Source: Enterobacter phage Mulvp2
Length of the DNA: 58,539 nt
Reading direction: 5' to 3' (one strand)
Sequence record: OR508996.1
The notes under the pieces are model-generated. The model was not told the origin of the DNA. It made no database searches and was given only the letters and a program-made list of their open reading frames with translations. Every line of letters begins with the position of its first letter. Position 1 is the stretch's first letter. Shown here piece after piece: positions 26,915-35,757 of this stretch. The position numbers were made by a program, and so were the translations under genes.

Positions 26915-28279
26915 ATGACACAGAACATTCCCGCCGCTGCCTACAGCTACGGACGTACCGCAGCGAATGGCGCTATCCAGGTTGACGACGATTTCCTGCC
27001 GGCATTGCGCGGCGAGTTACGCAAACGCGTATTCACTCAGATGAGCCGCAACGATGAAACGCTGGGCGCGCTGCGCACACTGATCACCGCCATTATGCTG
27101 ACCGTACCGTGGGAGATGGATGCCGCAGAAAGCGACACGTCGAAAGAGTACGCTGACCTGGCGCGCGATATCATTATTGACTCAATGGGCGATCCTGCCG
27201 ACCCGTACCCGGGATGCACGTTCAACGATTTCCTGCAGAATTGCTACACCGTCCGTGAATGGGGTTACGGTGTGTTCGACGTCTGGACGTATAAACGTCA
27301 GGACGGACGTATCGGTATCAAAGAGATGGTGCTAATCGGTCAGAACAGCGTTGAGGACTGGGAGGTCGATGAGTTTGGGCGCGCAACGGCCGTAAATCAG
27401 TTTGTCCCGGTGGTCGGTATCACCAAAACGATTACCCGTGACCGTTACGTGCACATTATCAACCAGCCGAATTGCGGATCGCCTGAAGGTGAATCCATGT
27501 ACCGCTATGCGTACAAGCCGTGGTACTACAAAAAGCGCCTGCAGGAAATCGAAGCGATTCAGGCTGAACGCGGTACCGGTATGCCGTTACTGTACGTCGA
27601 CGCGCAACTGGCGATCGATGCAGAGAGCAGCAACACAGAAACTGCGAATAATGCAAAAGCGCTGTTGGGTCAGTACACGCGTATGCTGCGCGATGTCCGC
27701 CAGAATAAAGAATCGGGTCTACTCATCTTTGCAAGCCCGTACGAGTCGACTGATGCGGCGACAGGGCGTACCACGTTCAGCACCATGCGCACCGCTGAGT
27801 TTGAATTTGCCACCCCGTCAGCAAGCAATGCTGTCGACCTGGACAAAGTGATCCGCCGTTATGATATCGGCATGGCGCGTACCGTGCTCGCTGACTTCCT
27901 GTTCCTGGGTACCAGCGGTTCCGGCGGCAACAGGTCACTGTCTGATAACAGTACGTCGCTTTTCCTGAAAGGCGTACAGGCGTTCATGGAAACCATCGCG
28001 TCGACGCTTAACCGCCAGTTGCTGCCGATGATCTGGAAACTGAACGGTCTGCCGGAAGATATGATGCCGACAATGCGCGTCGGTACAGCTATGAAGGAAA
28101 GTCTGACAACGCTCGGCACGTATATTCGCGACCTTGCCGGCGCGGGCGCGCTGACACCAGATGAAGCGTTAGAAAGTTTCCTTCGCGAAGAAGGGGGCCT
28201 GCCCGAGCGCAGCGATGAACTGACGCGCGGCACGTTACCGCAGTTATCGGTCGAGGATCAGCAGAACGCCCCGCAGTAG
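26915..28279 (+). CDS. portal protein (putative)
   Basis: 454 aa. Sits between TerL and the MuF-like head morphogenesis gene. Acidic C-terminus. Confidence 0.6.
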   Translation: MTQNIPAAAYSYGRTAANGAIQVDDDFLPALRGELRKRVFTQMSRNDETLGALRTLITAIMLTVPWEMDAAESDTSKEYADLARDIIIDSMGDPADPYPGCTFNDFLQNCYTVREWGYGVFDVWTYKRQDGRIGIKEMVLIGQNSVEDWEVDEFGRATAVNQFVPVVGITKTITRDRYVHIINQPNCGSPEGESMYRYAYKPWYYKKRLQEIEAIQAERGTGMPLLYVDAQLAIDAESSNTETANNAKALLGQYTRMLRDVRQNKESGLLIFASPYESTDAATGRTTFSTMRTAEFEFATPSASNAVDLDKVIRRYDIGMARTVLADFLFLGTSGSGGNRSLSDNSTSLFLKGVQAFMETIASTLNRQLLPMIWKLNGLPEDMMPTMRVGTAMKESLTTLGTYIRDLAGAGALTPDEALESFLREEGGLPERSDELTRGTLPQLSVEDQQNAPQ

Positions 28280-28290
28280 GGGCGTTTTTA
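28267..28290 (+). terminator. rho-independent terminator CGCCCCGCAGTAGGGGCG + TTTTTATTTATT (hairpin contains the portal stop codon)
   Basis: Seen directly in the sequence. Confidence 0.6.
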
Positions 28291-28476
28291 TTTATTCCTC
28301 ATCCGCCAGGCGACTGACTGATATTGCACAAACGCCATCAAAACCGTTTTGTTCTTTAATTTGTTTTTCCATGGACTCGATGTTTTCAAAAGACGGCGGA
28401 TTACCGTCTTCGCGATAATTGATAAATCGACCGAACCCGTTATGCAGTACTGCCTGAATGATAGCTGATCAACCAT
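28288..28476 (-). CDS. hypothetical small protein (weak start context)
   Basis: 62-aa ORF. The nearby SD CGAGGTGTGAA actually serves a 15-aa ORF in another frame. Confidence 0.25.
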   Translation of the reverse strand: MVDQLSFRQYCITGSVDLSIIAKTVIRRLLKTSSPWKNKLKNKTVLMAFVQYQSVAWRMRNK

Positions 28477-28483
28477 GCTTGTT

Positions 28484-28729
28484 TCATTTCACACCTCGTT
28501 TATAGGCATGAAAACTCGGGTAAAATGATGACAAAGGCCACACCCAGAATTTAAACATCATTTCATCATAGCTTACAACATGTTCGCGAAAGCGGTTACC
28601 GGCATGATACCCATCTGGGTCAATTTCGTAAAAATAGTCAATAAATTCACAACGTGCTAAATAAACTTTTTGCGTACGCCACATCATGTACACCGCGAAA
28701 AGTAGTGCGATTAACAGTAAATATATCAT
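28484..28729 (-). CDS. small membrane protein
   Basis: About 81 aa from MIYLLLIALLFAVYMMW, after RBS CGAGGTGTGAAATG. Confidence 0.4.
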   Translation of the reverse strand: MIYLLLIALLFAVYMMWRTQKVYLARCEFIDYFYEIDPDGYHAGNRFREHVVSYDEMMFKFWVWPLSSFYPSFHAYKRGVK

Positions 28730-28887
28730 TTCACACCTCGTATAATACGGCACATATCGTTATAAATAACAGGGTGTTTACGGCACCCGTACAGATTGTT
28801 GTTGTGGCAGGCAAGCAGGCTGATATCCTTGCCGCCGTATCGTTTAAATTGCCAACGTCTGATTAAGAACCATAAAATAACTTTCAT
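28726..28887 (-). CDS. small Cys-containing protein (53 aa)
   Basis: MKVILWFLIRRWQF... after SD GAGGTG. ATGA overlap with the downstream gene. Confidence 0.35.
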   Translation of the reverse strand: MKVILWFLIRRWQFKRYGGKDISLLACHNNNLYGCRKHPVIYNDMCRIIRGVK

Positions 28888-29087
28888 TTTAACACCTCGG
28901 TACAGGACATTGTCCCGTTTATCTGCTTTGAACAAACCACTGTTCGATCTCCACGGATTATTGTTACTGTATCAGCGCACTGTACAATGTAATTCCCTCC
29001 GCCAAAATTTTTAGAAATACATTCCTCAGCCTGGACAGACGCAGACATAAATAACAGTAATGCACATACTACCCGTCGCTTAATCAT
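28884..29087 (-). CDS. small secreted Cys-rich protein (signal peptide, AXA site VQA/EE)
   Basis: MIKRRVVCALLLFMSASVQAEECISKNFGGGNYIVQCADT..., with 6 Cys in the mature part. Confidence 0.45.
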   Translation of the reverse strand: MIKRRVVCALLLFMSASVQAEECISKNFGGGNYIVQCADTVTIIRGDRTVVCSKQINGTMSCTEVLK

Positions 29088-29281
29088 ACGCACGCCCTCA
29101 TGATAATAAGCTGGTTGATATAGTCGTCTATTTCGGCGCGGATCTTCTCGCGCGCTTCCGGTTCGGTTTCACAGTCATAATGCGTCAGCCGGGTAAATAC
29201 CAGGTAGTCACGTTCGACTGTCGGCTTACCGTCTGACCCTCCGCGGAGCCGGACACCGAGTTGTGGGATTAATTTACTCAC
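29084..29281 (-). CDS. hypothetical protein (GTG start)
   Basis: 65-aa ORF. GTGAGTAA overlap with the upstream ORF. Confidence 0.4.
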   Translation of the reverse strand: MSKLIPQLGVRLRGGSDGKPTVERDYLVFTRLTHYDCETEPEAREKIRAEIDDYINQLIIMRACV

Positions 29282-29450
29282 TTACCACCTCACATTCGTA
29301 CGGGTAGACCATTATCAGATCGTTTTTCCATTCGCACTGATAACTTTCTACGTCAGGTCCATCACGTATGATGTCTTGAACATGCAAAATGTCATCTTTT
29401 TGTGGGTGGTCTTCGCGTTCACTCCAGGGTTGAAGCATTTTTACTTTCAT
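29273..29450 (-). CDS. hypothetical small protein (58 aa), not in the supplied track
   Basis: ATG 29450 after SD AGGTGA. MKVKMLQPWSEREDHPQKDDILHVQDIIRDG... Confidence 0.35.
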
Positions 29451-29477
29451 AGTTTCACCTCGTTCATTTGCGATAGT

Positions 29478-29519
29478 TATAAAATAATCGTTGACAGCGT
29501 GTAAGTCAAGTCCTATAGT
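29478..29519 (+). promoter_or_regulatory. promoter cassette TATAAAATAATCG + TTGACA + 17 bp + TATAGT
   Basis: Consensus sigma70 spacing. Followed by the AAACGGAGTGGAAAATG RBS. Confidence 0.6.
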
Positions 29520-29548
29520 TCAATCACACCAAACAAACGGAGTGGAAA

Positions 29549-30283
29549 ATGAAACTTTTAGAATTGTTAGTTAAAGAGCGGATCGAGTGGCACCCGGAAG
29601 CATTGTGCTACACGCAGGACGGTAATTTAGAAACATACGGTTACTCGGATACTTCATTGGAATTAGACGAAGAGTGGGAAGAATGGTCAGTCGAAAAAAT
29701 GATAGACTGTACAGGCGGTACACTCGACGAACTCGCCGACGACTGGGAAACCGCCATCGTGACCAAAGAGCAGTACGACAACGCGTGCAAGCTGGTCGAC
29801 GACGGTTACACACTGTGGTTCGGCGGTGAATGCCCGGTGAACGCGCATGAGGTGGTCGAGGTAGTATTTGACGTGTCGCGTGAAGGAGAAACTCATCAAA
29901 CTGAAGCATCGTATGTTAATTGGCAAAAAGAAGCGGCGTCTATTATTGCTTATAAAGTGATAAATTCGAAACCTGACGGTAGTCGTGAGCCGATAGGTTT
30001 TAACTGTCGCTGTGTAGATGAAGAACTGTCAATCGTATACGATCCTGCCGATCTGTTATCTCTGCACGTACCGGACGTCGTGAATCATCCGTCACACTAT
30101 ACTAACGGTAAGGTTGAGTGTATTGACGCGATCGAATCAGCTACCGTCGGCAAGACAGGCGTTGAAGCGGTCTGCGTGGCAAACGTGATTAAATATCTGT
30201 GGCGTTATGAAGATAAAAACGGCCTGGAAGATATCAAGAAAGCAGAGTGGTACCTGAACAAACTGATCGAGGTGAAGAAATGA
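29549..30283 (+). CDS. acidic protein with C-terminal DUF3310-like domain
   Basis: 244 aa. C-terminal SHYTNGKVECIDAIESA...NVIKYLWRYEDKNGLEDIKKAEWYLNKL resembles DUF3310. N-terminal 170 aa strongly acidic. Confidence 0.5.
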   Translation: MKLLELLVKERIEWHPEALCYTQDGNLETYGYSDTSLELDEEWEEWSVEKMIDCTGGTLDELADDWETAIVTKEQYDNACKLVDDGYTLWFGGECPVNAHEVVEVVFDVSREGETHQTEASYVNWQKEAASIIAYKVINSKPDGSREPIGFNCRCVDEELSIVYDPADLLSLHVPDVVNHPSHYTNGKVECIDAIESATVGKTGVEAVCVANVIKYLWRYEDKNGLEDIKKAEWYLNKLIEVKK

Positions 30284-30516
30284 GAACTGTAACCGTACCA
30301 GCAGAGCATATGCGCGCAATCAAACCCTGGCAGACTATTCAGTATCGTATTGAGTCGTGGTTAGCACAGAACGGCTGGCCGTTCCGCAACTATGACCTGA
30401 CAAACCAGGGTGAAGCGCTGTCAACCAGTCTTGACCGTACTAAGTTGTCGATCAGACATTTCCCGGATCAGTCCGTTGAGGTGAGCTATGACGGTGAATT
30501 TGTATCAGGTCGTTGA
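30280..30516 (+). CDS. hypothetical small protein
   Basis: 78 aa from ATG 30280 (SD GAGGTGAAG, ATGA overlap). Confidence 0.45.
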   Translation: MRTVTVPAEHMRAIKPWQTIQYRIESWLAQNGWPFRNYDLTNQGEALSTSLDRTKLSIRHFPDQSVEVSYDGEFVSGR

Positions 30517-30793
30517 CGACATCCGCCGAGATGCGGAAAAAGCCGGGTCAGGTTACCGTGCGAATCATGAGCGCGCAGGTGGTATGTTAAGCGCTGCGGC
30601 GCGACTTGAAACTGCACTGAACGCGCAGGTTACGTACCAGACCGGAGAGCAGCCGAAAGAAGGTGACACGGTGGCATGTGGCGGCGATGAGTTTCGCGTT
30701 GACAGCGTGGATTACCGGCGCGCACTGGTTAAAGGTGCGATTGATCCAACCGGATACGCAGCTTCATGCTGCATCCTGATTAAACGAGGTTGA
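30488..30793 (+). CDS. hypothetical small protein
   Basis: 101 aa. SD GAGGTGAGC. Confidence 0.45.
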   Translation: MTVNLYQVVDDIRRDAEKAGSGYRANHERAGGMLSAAARLETALNAQVTYQTGEQPKEGDTVACGGDEFRVDSVDYRRALVKGAIDPTGYAASCCILIKRG

Positions 30794-30794
30794 T

Positions 30795-31055
30795 ATGACA
30801 CCGAACGGCATTTACGACTGCAGGTCGACGTATGAGCGAGAATACTGGCGCGACGGTCATTGCTACACTACTCACCCGGGCTTTCTGGTTGACGCTGTGG
30901 CACACGACCAGCCACATGCCGTAAAACCGTTCGGTACATATCCTGAAGTGCCGGCACAGCCCGGCGCATTACTTCTTAACGATATCGGCGCACTGCGCGC
31001 CGTGAGGATTGTAGATGACGCGATTAGCAGACACTGTGCGTCGTATCGCGCGTGA
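30795..31055 (+). CDS. hypothetical small protein
   Basis: 86 aa. SD GAGGT. Confidence 0.45.
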   Translation: MTPNGIYDCRSTYEREYWRDGHCYTTHPGFLVDAVAHDQPHAVKPFGTYPEVPAQPGALLLNDIGALRAVRIVDDAISRHCASYRA

Positions 31056-31509
31056 ACGTGAATTATCACTGAATGAGGTTGCGCGCCGCGGCGACATTGA
31101 AGACCGTCGACTGGACGCCATTTTGCGAACGGCTAACCCTGGCATATTTACCATTCAGAAGGTGGCGAAAGGTCTGAGTATGACGCTGACAGAATTTATC
31201 AGTGCATATGAAAATCCGCCTGTGGTTTTGTCTAATATTCCGTTACGTGTTGACGGAAAGCCTGACGGTCGATATTTACAACGCGGAAAACGTAAGCCAA
31301 GGGGAAAATCGCAGCGTTACAAAAATATTCAGTTTGCACTTACTCGAACAAAGCCAGAAAAAAAGATTTTCATTGAGGACAATCACCCGGTGTCGGCGCG
31401 CGTACTGGTGCACAAAATAGCAAAAGAACACGATATGATCGTCAAAACTCGCGCCCTGTCAACGGGCATTGAGGTAACGGTTGTTGAAAACCTGTCCGGT
31501 GCGATATAA
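31015..31509 (+). CDS. HTH (XRE-like) DNA-binding regulator with basic C-terminal region
   Basis: 164 aa. LSLNEVARRGDIEDRRLDAILRT helix-turn-helix. RGKRKPRGKSQRYK basic stretch. Confidence 0.55.
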   Translation: MTRLADTVRRIARERELSLNEVARRGDIEDRRLDAILRTANPGIFTIQKVAKGLSMTLTEFISAYENPPVVLSNIPLRVDGKPDGRYLQRGKRKPRGKSQRYKNIQFALTRTKPEKKIFIEDNHPVSARVLVHKIAKEHDMIVKTRALSTGIEVTVVENLSGAI

Positions 31510-31534
31510 TCACTCTCAATAAAGGGGGTGTACA

Positions 31535-32461
31535 ATGTCCGATCCGTTTCCGGCTCTCAGTGCCAAAACTGAGCGTGCCATCAATGATGCACTTTTAACT
31601 GTATGGCAATCTGTCAAGCAGGCGTACACCCTGACCCAGATTGAACAAGCCTATCTTTCAGGCGGTATACCGGGCGTGATGTCGTTACTGGACAATCTCG
31701 ACCCGGTACTGGCCGCCAACCTTTCCCCGACGTTACAGACAGCGATGATCGAATCCGGTCGCGCTGTTATCGCTATTCTTCCCGCTGCAGCCATCACAAC
31801 GCCCGCCTGGTTACCGTCACTCAGTCTGAGTGCGTCACGTGCCGCTATGCAGTACGAGTTTGACCTGATTCGTGATATCAGCACGACGACGAAAGAAGCG
31901 GTGCGTGCGTCCGTTACAGAAGCTGTGGCGACCGGTAAGCCGCCTCGGGCAATTGCGCGCCAGTTCCGCAGTACGATCGGTATTACTGACGGCCAGCAGA
32001 AGTGGGTCAGCAATTATCGCCGCGCGCTGGAGAACGGCGACACGACAGCACTTGATTACAAACTGCGTGACGCGCGATACGATGCGTCTGTGCGTAACGG
32101 TACGCTCACCCAGGAAAAGATCGACACGATGGTGGAGCGCTATGAGCAGCGCCTGATTAAGTACCGCAGCGAGGTCATTGCGCGCACTGAAGGTTTACGC
32201 GCGGTGGAAATCGGCCAGTACGAGAGTGTTAAACAAGGCCTTGATGGTGGTCACATCGACCCGGCGACGGAGAAAGGCTGGGTGACGACACAGGACGGTC
32301 GTGAGCGCGCCTGGCATGATGAACTACATAAGAAGTGGCTGAAGTTCAACGAGCCGTTTGTGAACAGCCACGGCTCGTTGATGTACCCGCGTGATCCTAA
32401 CGGGTCGGCAAGCAACACTATTCAGTGCCGGTGCCGTTTGCGATATCGTTTGCCGGCGTGA
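31535..32461 (+). CDS. head morphogenesis protein, Mu gpF / SPP1 gp7 family
   Basis: 308 aa. IARTEGLRAVEIGQYE...KGWVTTQDGRERAWHDELH...NTIQCRCRL matches the Phage_Mu_F signature. Confidence 0.75.
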   Translation: MSDPFPALSAKTERAINDALLTVWQSVKQAYTLTQIEQAYLSGGIPGVMSLLDNLDPVLAANLSPTLQTAMIESGRAVIAILPAAAITTPAWLPSLSLSASRAAMQYEFDLIRDISTTTKEAVRASVTEAVATGKPPRAIARQFRSTIGITDGQQKWVSNYRRALENGDTTALDYKLRDARYDASVRNGTLTQEKIDTMVERYEQRLIKYRSEVIARTEGLRAVEIGQYESVKQGLDGGHIDPATEKGWVTTQDGRERAWHDELHKKWLKFNEPFVNSHGSLMYPRDPNGSASNTIQCRCRLRYRLPA

Positions 32462-32624
32462 GTAATACGGCGCTTACATCTTCAAGTCGGCTTTCTACAT
32501 TATCGTTTCGAAAGCACATGTAGCATTTACAACATACCGTTATTGCCGGTTCGTGAGGCGGTTTTCTGTCAAGTGGCACATATGAACTGCAATGCGGACA
32601 GTTTGCCATTTTTTGTCTTTTCAT
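32418..32624 (-). CDS. zinc-ribbon small protein (convergent, overlaps the 3' end of the MuF-like gene by 44 nt)
   Basis: 68 aa. CPHCSSY...CCKCYMC. Confidence 0.4.
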   Translation of the reverse strand: MKRQKMANCPHCSSYVPLDRKPPHEPAITVCCKCYMCFRNDNVESRLEDVSAVLLTPANDIANGTGTE

Positions 32625-33043
32625 GATTTCACCTTAATTCCGGTTTCAGTTAACGTTTTGCGAATCTGACTGATCGCCTGTTGCGCGCCGGACATGTCAG
32701 GCCCGTCGAATTCTGTTGAGTCAGGTAACTCAACCTCAATAGCGGATCGTGATGCCTGCCAGGATAGCCACGCAACCTGCATATCCCACGAAAAATACTC
32801 TCCATCACCGTTTTTGGTTACACGTTGGTCAATCAAATCACCGAACTTACGCTGTATAAATTGCTCAAACTGCTCTCTGCTTTTATTCACTTCGATCACC
32901 TTCCATCCGAATTGTTCACGATTGCGCGACGTCACCTCATTGTCAGTGGTGAACAGAACGCGCCCTGATTGATGACAAATTTTATACAAGTAAGTCATAC
33001 ACACTCTGAGGCATTGGTTCACAAAGTAATGCCAGAGGTTCAC
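32621..33043 (-). CDS. hypothetical protein (start uncertain: GTG 33043 or ATG 32998)
   Basis: 140-aa ORF. Confidence 0.4.
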   Translation of the reverse strand: MNLWHYFVNQCLRVCMTYLYKICHQSGRVLFTTDNEVTSRNREQFGWKVIEVNKSREQFEQFIQRKFGDLIDQRVTKNGDGEYFSWDMQVAWLSWQASRSAIEVELPDSTEFDGPDMSGAQQAISQIRKTLTETGIKVKS

Positions 33044-33305
33044 GACATGCTTCGCGTGACATCAGCACAGGGTTTGTTTTAACAATGTTGCTCGCAATAA
33101 TTGTGGTCGGCACTTTATATTGGTAATAACCGATCTCTTTAGCACCGGTTGCTGATTCTTTAATGTTGCAATCATGTTCACGAAGGTACCATGGCGCCCC
33201 TGGTTTACAGCGACTAAGGATGAAATGACGACCTAGATATTCCGTGATACGTTCGTTGGTACTAAGAACTGACCATTCGACACCTTGCACTTTTACATTT
33301 TTCAT
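32982..33305 (-). CDS. hypothetical protein
   Basis: About 107 aa from MKNVKVQG, after the RBS CAGGAGTGAGGAACATATG. Confidence 0.45.
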   Translation of the reverse strand: MKNVKVQGVEWSVLSTNERITEYLGRHFILSRCKPGAPWYLREHDCNIKESATGAKEIGYYQYKVPTTIIASNIVKTNPVLMSREACREPLALLCEPMPQSVYDLLV

Positions 33306-33345
33306 ATGTTCCTCACTCCTGTTCAAATTGACACCTTAAACATAA

Positions 33346-33362
33346 CACACAATTATTTTAAT
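33346..33362 (-). promoter_or_regulatory. UP-box copy TTAAAATAATTGTGTG (minus-strand orientation) upstream of gene 32982..33305
   Basis: Member of the reiterated AT-box family. Core hexamers are weaker here. Confidence 0.35.
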
Positions 33363-33427
33363 GTGTATTCTTTTTCGTTATAACAATTCGCAAAACGACG
33401 ATTCATCGCTTAAGTAAATTTAGTCAA

Positions 33428-33456
33428 TCTTTGTCAATTAGTGTAAATTAACAAAG
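33428..33456. promoter_or_regulatory. inverted repeat CTTTGTCAATT-agtgta-AATTAACAAAG in a 460-bp non-coding region
   Basis: 10/11 complementary arms, seen directly. Flanked by an AT-rich tract. Confidence 0.3.
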
Positions 33457-33737
33457 ATGAACTATTTATTAACAATCATTTAATAGCCTGACGCTCAGGG
33501 GTGAGTTTCTACGGGGTGGCTGCAAGCCGCGTCGTTACTGGGTTCACCACGAAAAACCGTACACCCCATACATTGCTCTCTATTCCCTGTATAGATCTCA
33601 CCGTCACTATGACGTACTGTATACACACCCCATTTACTAATTTATAGAAAGTAAAGGGTATAAGGGGTAAAGTCAGCAATGGTGCGTTGCCCAACACTGG
33701 TCGTACCAGATTTTTAGTTCGGGCTACGGGGTATACG

Positions 33738-33766
33738 TTGCACACCAGACCGTTGCGTGGTACGAT
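33738..33766 (+). promoter_or_regulatory. putative sigma70 promoter TTGCAC-17-TACGAT for the head protease/scaffold/MCP operon
   Basis: Located 20 nt upstream of SD GCAGGAGGA and ATG 33786. Confidence 0.4.
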
Positions 33767-33785
33767 CCGCGCAGGAGGACACTGT

Positions 33786-34169
33786 ATGTCTGATAACGTT
33801 ATCAAAGTTGACGCTGAACGCAGGCTGGTATTTGGCTGGGCGCAGGTGTGTACGAAAAACGGCGCGGAATATTTCGATACCGACAATCAGCACATCCCGG
33901 AAAGTGTGACCCTGGATGCGTGGGCTGACTTCATGCGCAACGGTCGCGTGAACAAAGCGATGCATTCCGGTGACCAGGTCGGCGATGTGGCGTTTGCGTT
34001 CCCCGCTTATGACGACATTTTCAAATCCCTCGGATTACAGATCGGCGATCAGTCAGGTATCATCGTTGGTGTGTACGTTCAGGACGACGACGTGCTGAAT
34101 AAATATCACACCGGCGTGTACAAGGGATTCAGTGTCGGCGGTGCGGCAAACTGGGAGGATGTCGAATAA
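33786..34169 (+). CDS. putative prohead protease (XkdF / Peptidase_S78_2-like)
   Basis: 127 aa from ATG 33786. VFGWAQV...DTDNQHIPE...YKGFSVGG pattern. Immediately upstream of the scaffold gene. Confidence 0.45.
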   Translation: MSDNVIKVDAERRLVFGWAQVCTKNGAEYFDTDNQHIPESVTLDAWADFMRNGRVNKAMHSGDQVGDVAFAFPAYDDIFKSLGLQIGDQSGIIVGVYVQDDDVLNKYHTGVYKGFSVGGAANWEDVE

Positions 34170-35392
34170 TGCGCTTCGATGGTAAATCCAACAAGCAACG
34201 TGCCAGAACGTTCAAACTCACTGAACTGTCAGGCGTAACCACACCGGCGCACACCGGCGCTGACGTGACCATTTTCAAAGCCGCTGATACCGGCGCAGTC
34301 TACGCGTATAACCCGAAAGACGGTGAACCAAAGCTGCGTATTGACGATGCGGCACATGTCGGCGGTGCTATCGCCGCACTCGGCCCGAAAGGTTTTCGCG
34401 GTCAGAAAGTCGAAATTCCTGAAGCCGACCTGCCAGGTGTTATCGCCCGGGTACGTGCTGCGTGGCGTAAGTTCCATCCGGACATGACTGACGAAGATAT
34501 GCCACAGGCTATCCGTAAGTTTTCCGATGTGACGAAAAGTATTTTCACCGATGAGCTTGACAAACTTGTTCGTGATAACAACATGTATTTGCGTACGCAA
34601 CCTGTATGGGATACAATCTACCAGAACGAGCAAGCGTTACGCGAGTCTATCGAAGAAGCGGCGAAACAGGATATGCCTGTACAGCCTATCATCGCAGAGT
34701 TCGTAATGAGTCTCGCACAAAGTCTTTTAACCAATGAGGATCCTGCAATGTCCGCAGAACTGCAAAAACAGTTAGACGAGGCAACCGCGCAGATCGGAGT
34801 GCTGACCGCAGAAGCGGGCATGAGCGATGCGCAGAAAGCCTATTACGGCACGCTGGATGAAACCGCTAAGGCGTCATTCCGCGCTCTCGATAACACGACT
34901 CGCGACGTGATGGTTGATACCGCCAAGTCAGCCGACGAAGTGGTAAAAATTAACGGTGCTGAAATTCGCAAATCAGCCGTCGGCGCTGCAACTTTTGAAG
35001 TTCTGAAAGCACAGCAGGCCACCATTGCTAAACAGGCTGAAGACGCCGAAGTAGCTAAATTCGAAACCCTGGCTAAATCAGCCGATTTCGAACCGCTGCC
35101 GGGTGAAGTCACCGCGAAAGGTGTTGCACTGCGTGCCATCGACGCACTGCCTGAAGTCGCTAAAGCCGCTATCACTTCCATGCTGAAAGCCGGCAGCGAA
35201 GCGATGAAAGCGCGCCATACCCCAGCCGGTCACAAAGTTGATCTGGAAGGTATGTCCGCACAGGACAAACTGGATAGTCTGTCCAAAGCGTACGCGAAAG
35301 AACACAACTGTTCTGTTGAATCCGCGATGGTTAAAGTCATGGAAACCACAGACGGTGCTGAACTGTACAAACTGATCGAGCAGGGGAAATAA
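34169..35392 (+). CDS. scaffolding protein (putative)
   Basis: 407 aa. Ala/Glu/Lys-rich helical sequence between protease and capsid genes. ATGA overlap with the protease gene. Confidence 0.5.
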   Translation: MRFDGKSNKQRARTFKLTELSGVTTPAHTGADVTIFKAADTGAVYAYNPKDGEPKLRIDDAAHVGGAIAALGPKGFRGQKVEIPEADLPGVIARVRAAWRKFHPDMTDEDMPQAIRKFSDVTKSIFTDELDKLVRDNNMYLRTQPVWDTIYQNEQALRESIEEAAKQDMPVQPIIAEFVMSLAQSLLTNEDPAMSAELQKQLDEATAQIGVLTAEAGMSDAQKAYYGTLDETAKASFRALDNTTRDVMVDTAKSADEVVKINGAEIRKSAVGAATFEVLKAQQATIAKQAEDAEVAKFETLAKSADFEPLPGEVTAKGVALRAIDALPEVAKAAITSMLKAGSEAMKARHTPAGHKVDLEGMSAQDKLDSLSKAYAKEHNCSVESAMVKVMETTDGAELYKLIEQGK

Positions 35393-35395
35393 GCG

Positions 35396-35746
35396 ATGGC
35401 ACATACTTATGCTGCACAAGACGTATCGTATCTGTCCGGCGCTGCAATCGCGTTCGGTCAGGCTGTAAAACTTTCCGGTGACGCCGTCGTACCGTGCTCT
35501 GTAGCCGGTGAAAAAGCATTCGGTATCGCCGCATCCGCGGCTACAGCATCCGGTGAAGCTGTTCAGGTTACTGTTGGCGGTGTGTGTAAAGCACGTTTCG
35601 GTGCTGCACTGACTGCCGGTGCTAACGTGACTGTTAACGCATCTGGTAATATCGTTGCCGCAACATCCGGCGACGCGGTACTGGGTCAGGTGGCTCTCGC
35701 AGCAGGTAACGGCGAGATCGGTTCTGTACTGGTTGACAAAGCCTAA
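35396..35746 (+). CDS. putative head decoration / DUF2190-like Ala-Gly-rich structural protein
   Basis: 116 aa. Ala/Gly/Val-rich. Immediately upstream of the MCP gene. Confidence 0.45.
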   Translation: MAHTYAAQDVSYLSGAAIAFGQAVKLSGDAVVPCSVAGEKAFGIAASAATASGEAVQVTVGGVCKARFGAALTAGANVTVNASGNIVAATSGDAVLGQVALAAGNGEIGSVLVDKA

Positions 35747-35757
35747 GAGGGGATAAC

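Noticed and set aside
33509-33886. 125-aa minus-strand ORF in the intergenic region upstream of the protease gene
   Set aside because: No RBS. It overlaps the start of the plus-strand protease gene in antisense, and its composition is unlike neighbouring genes.
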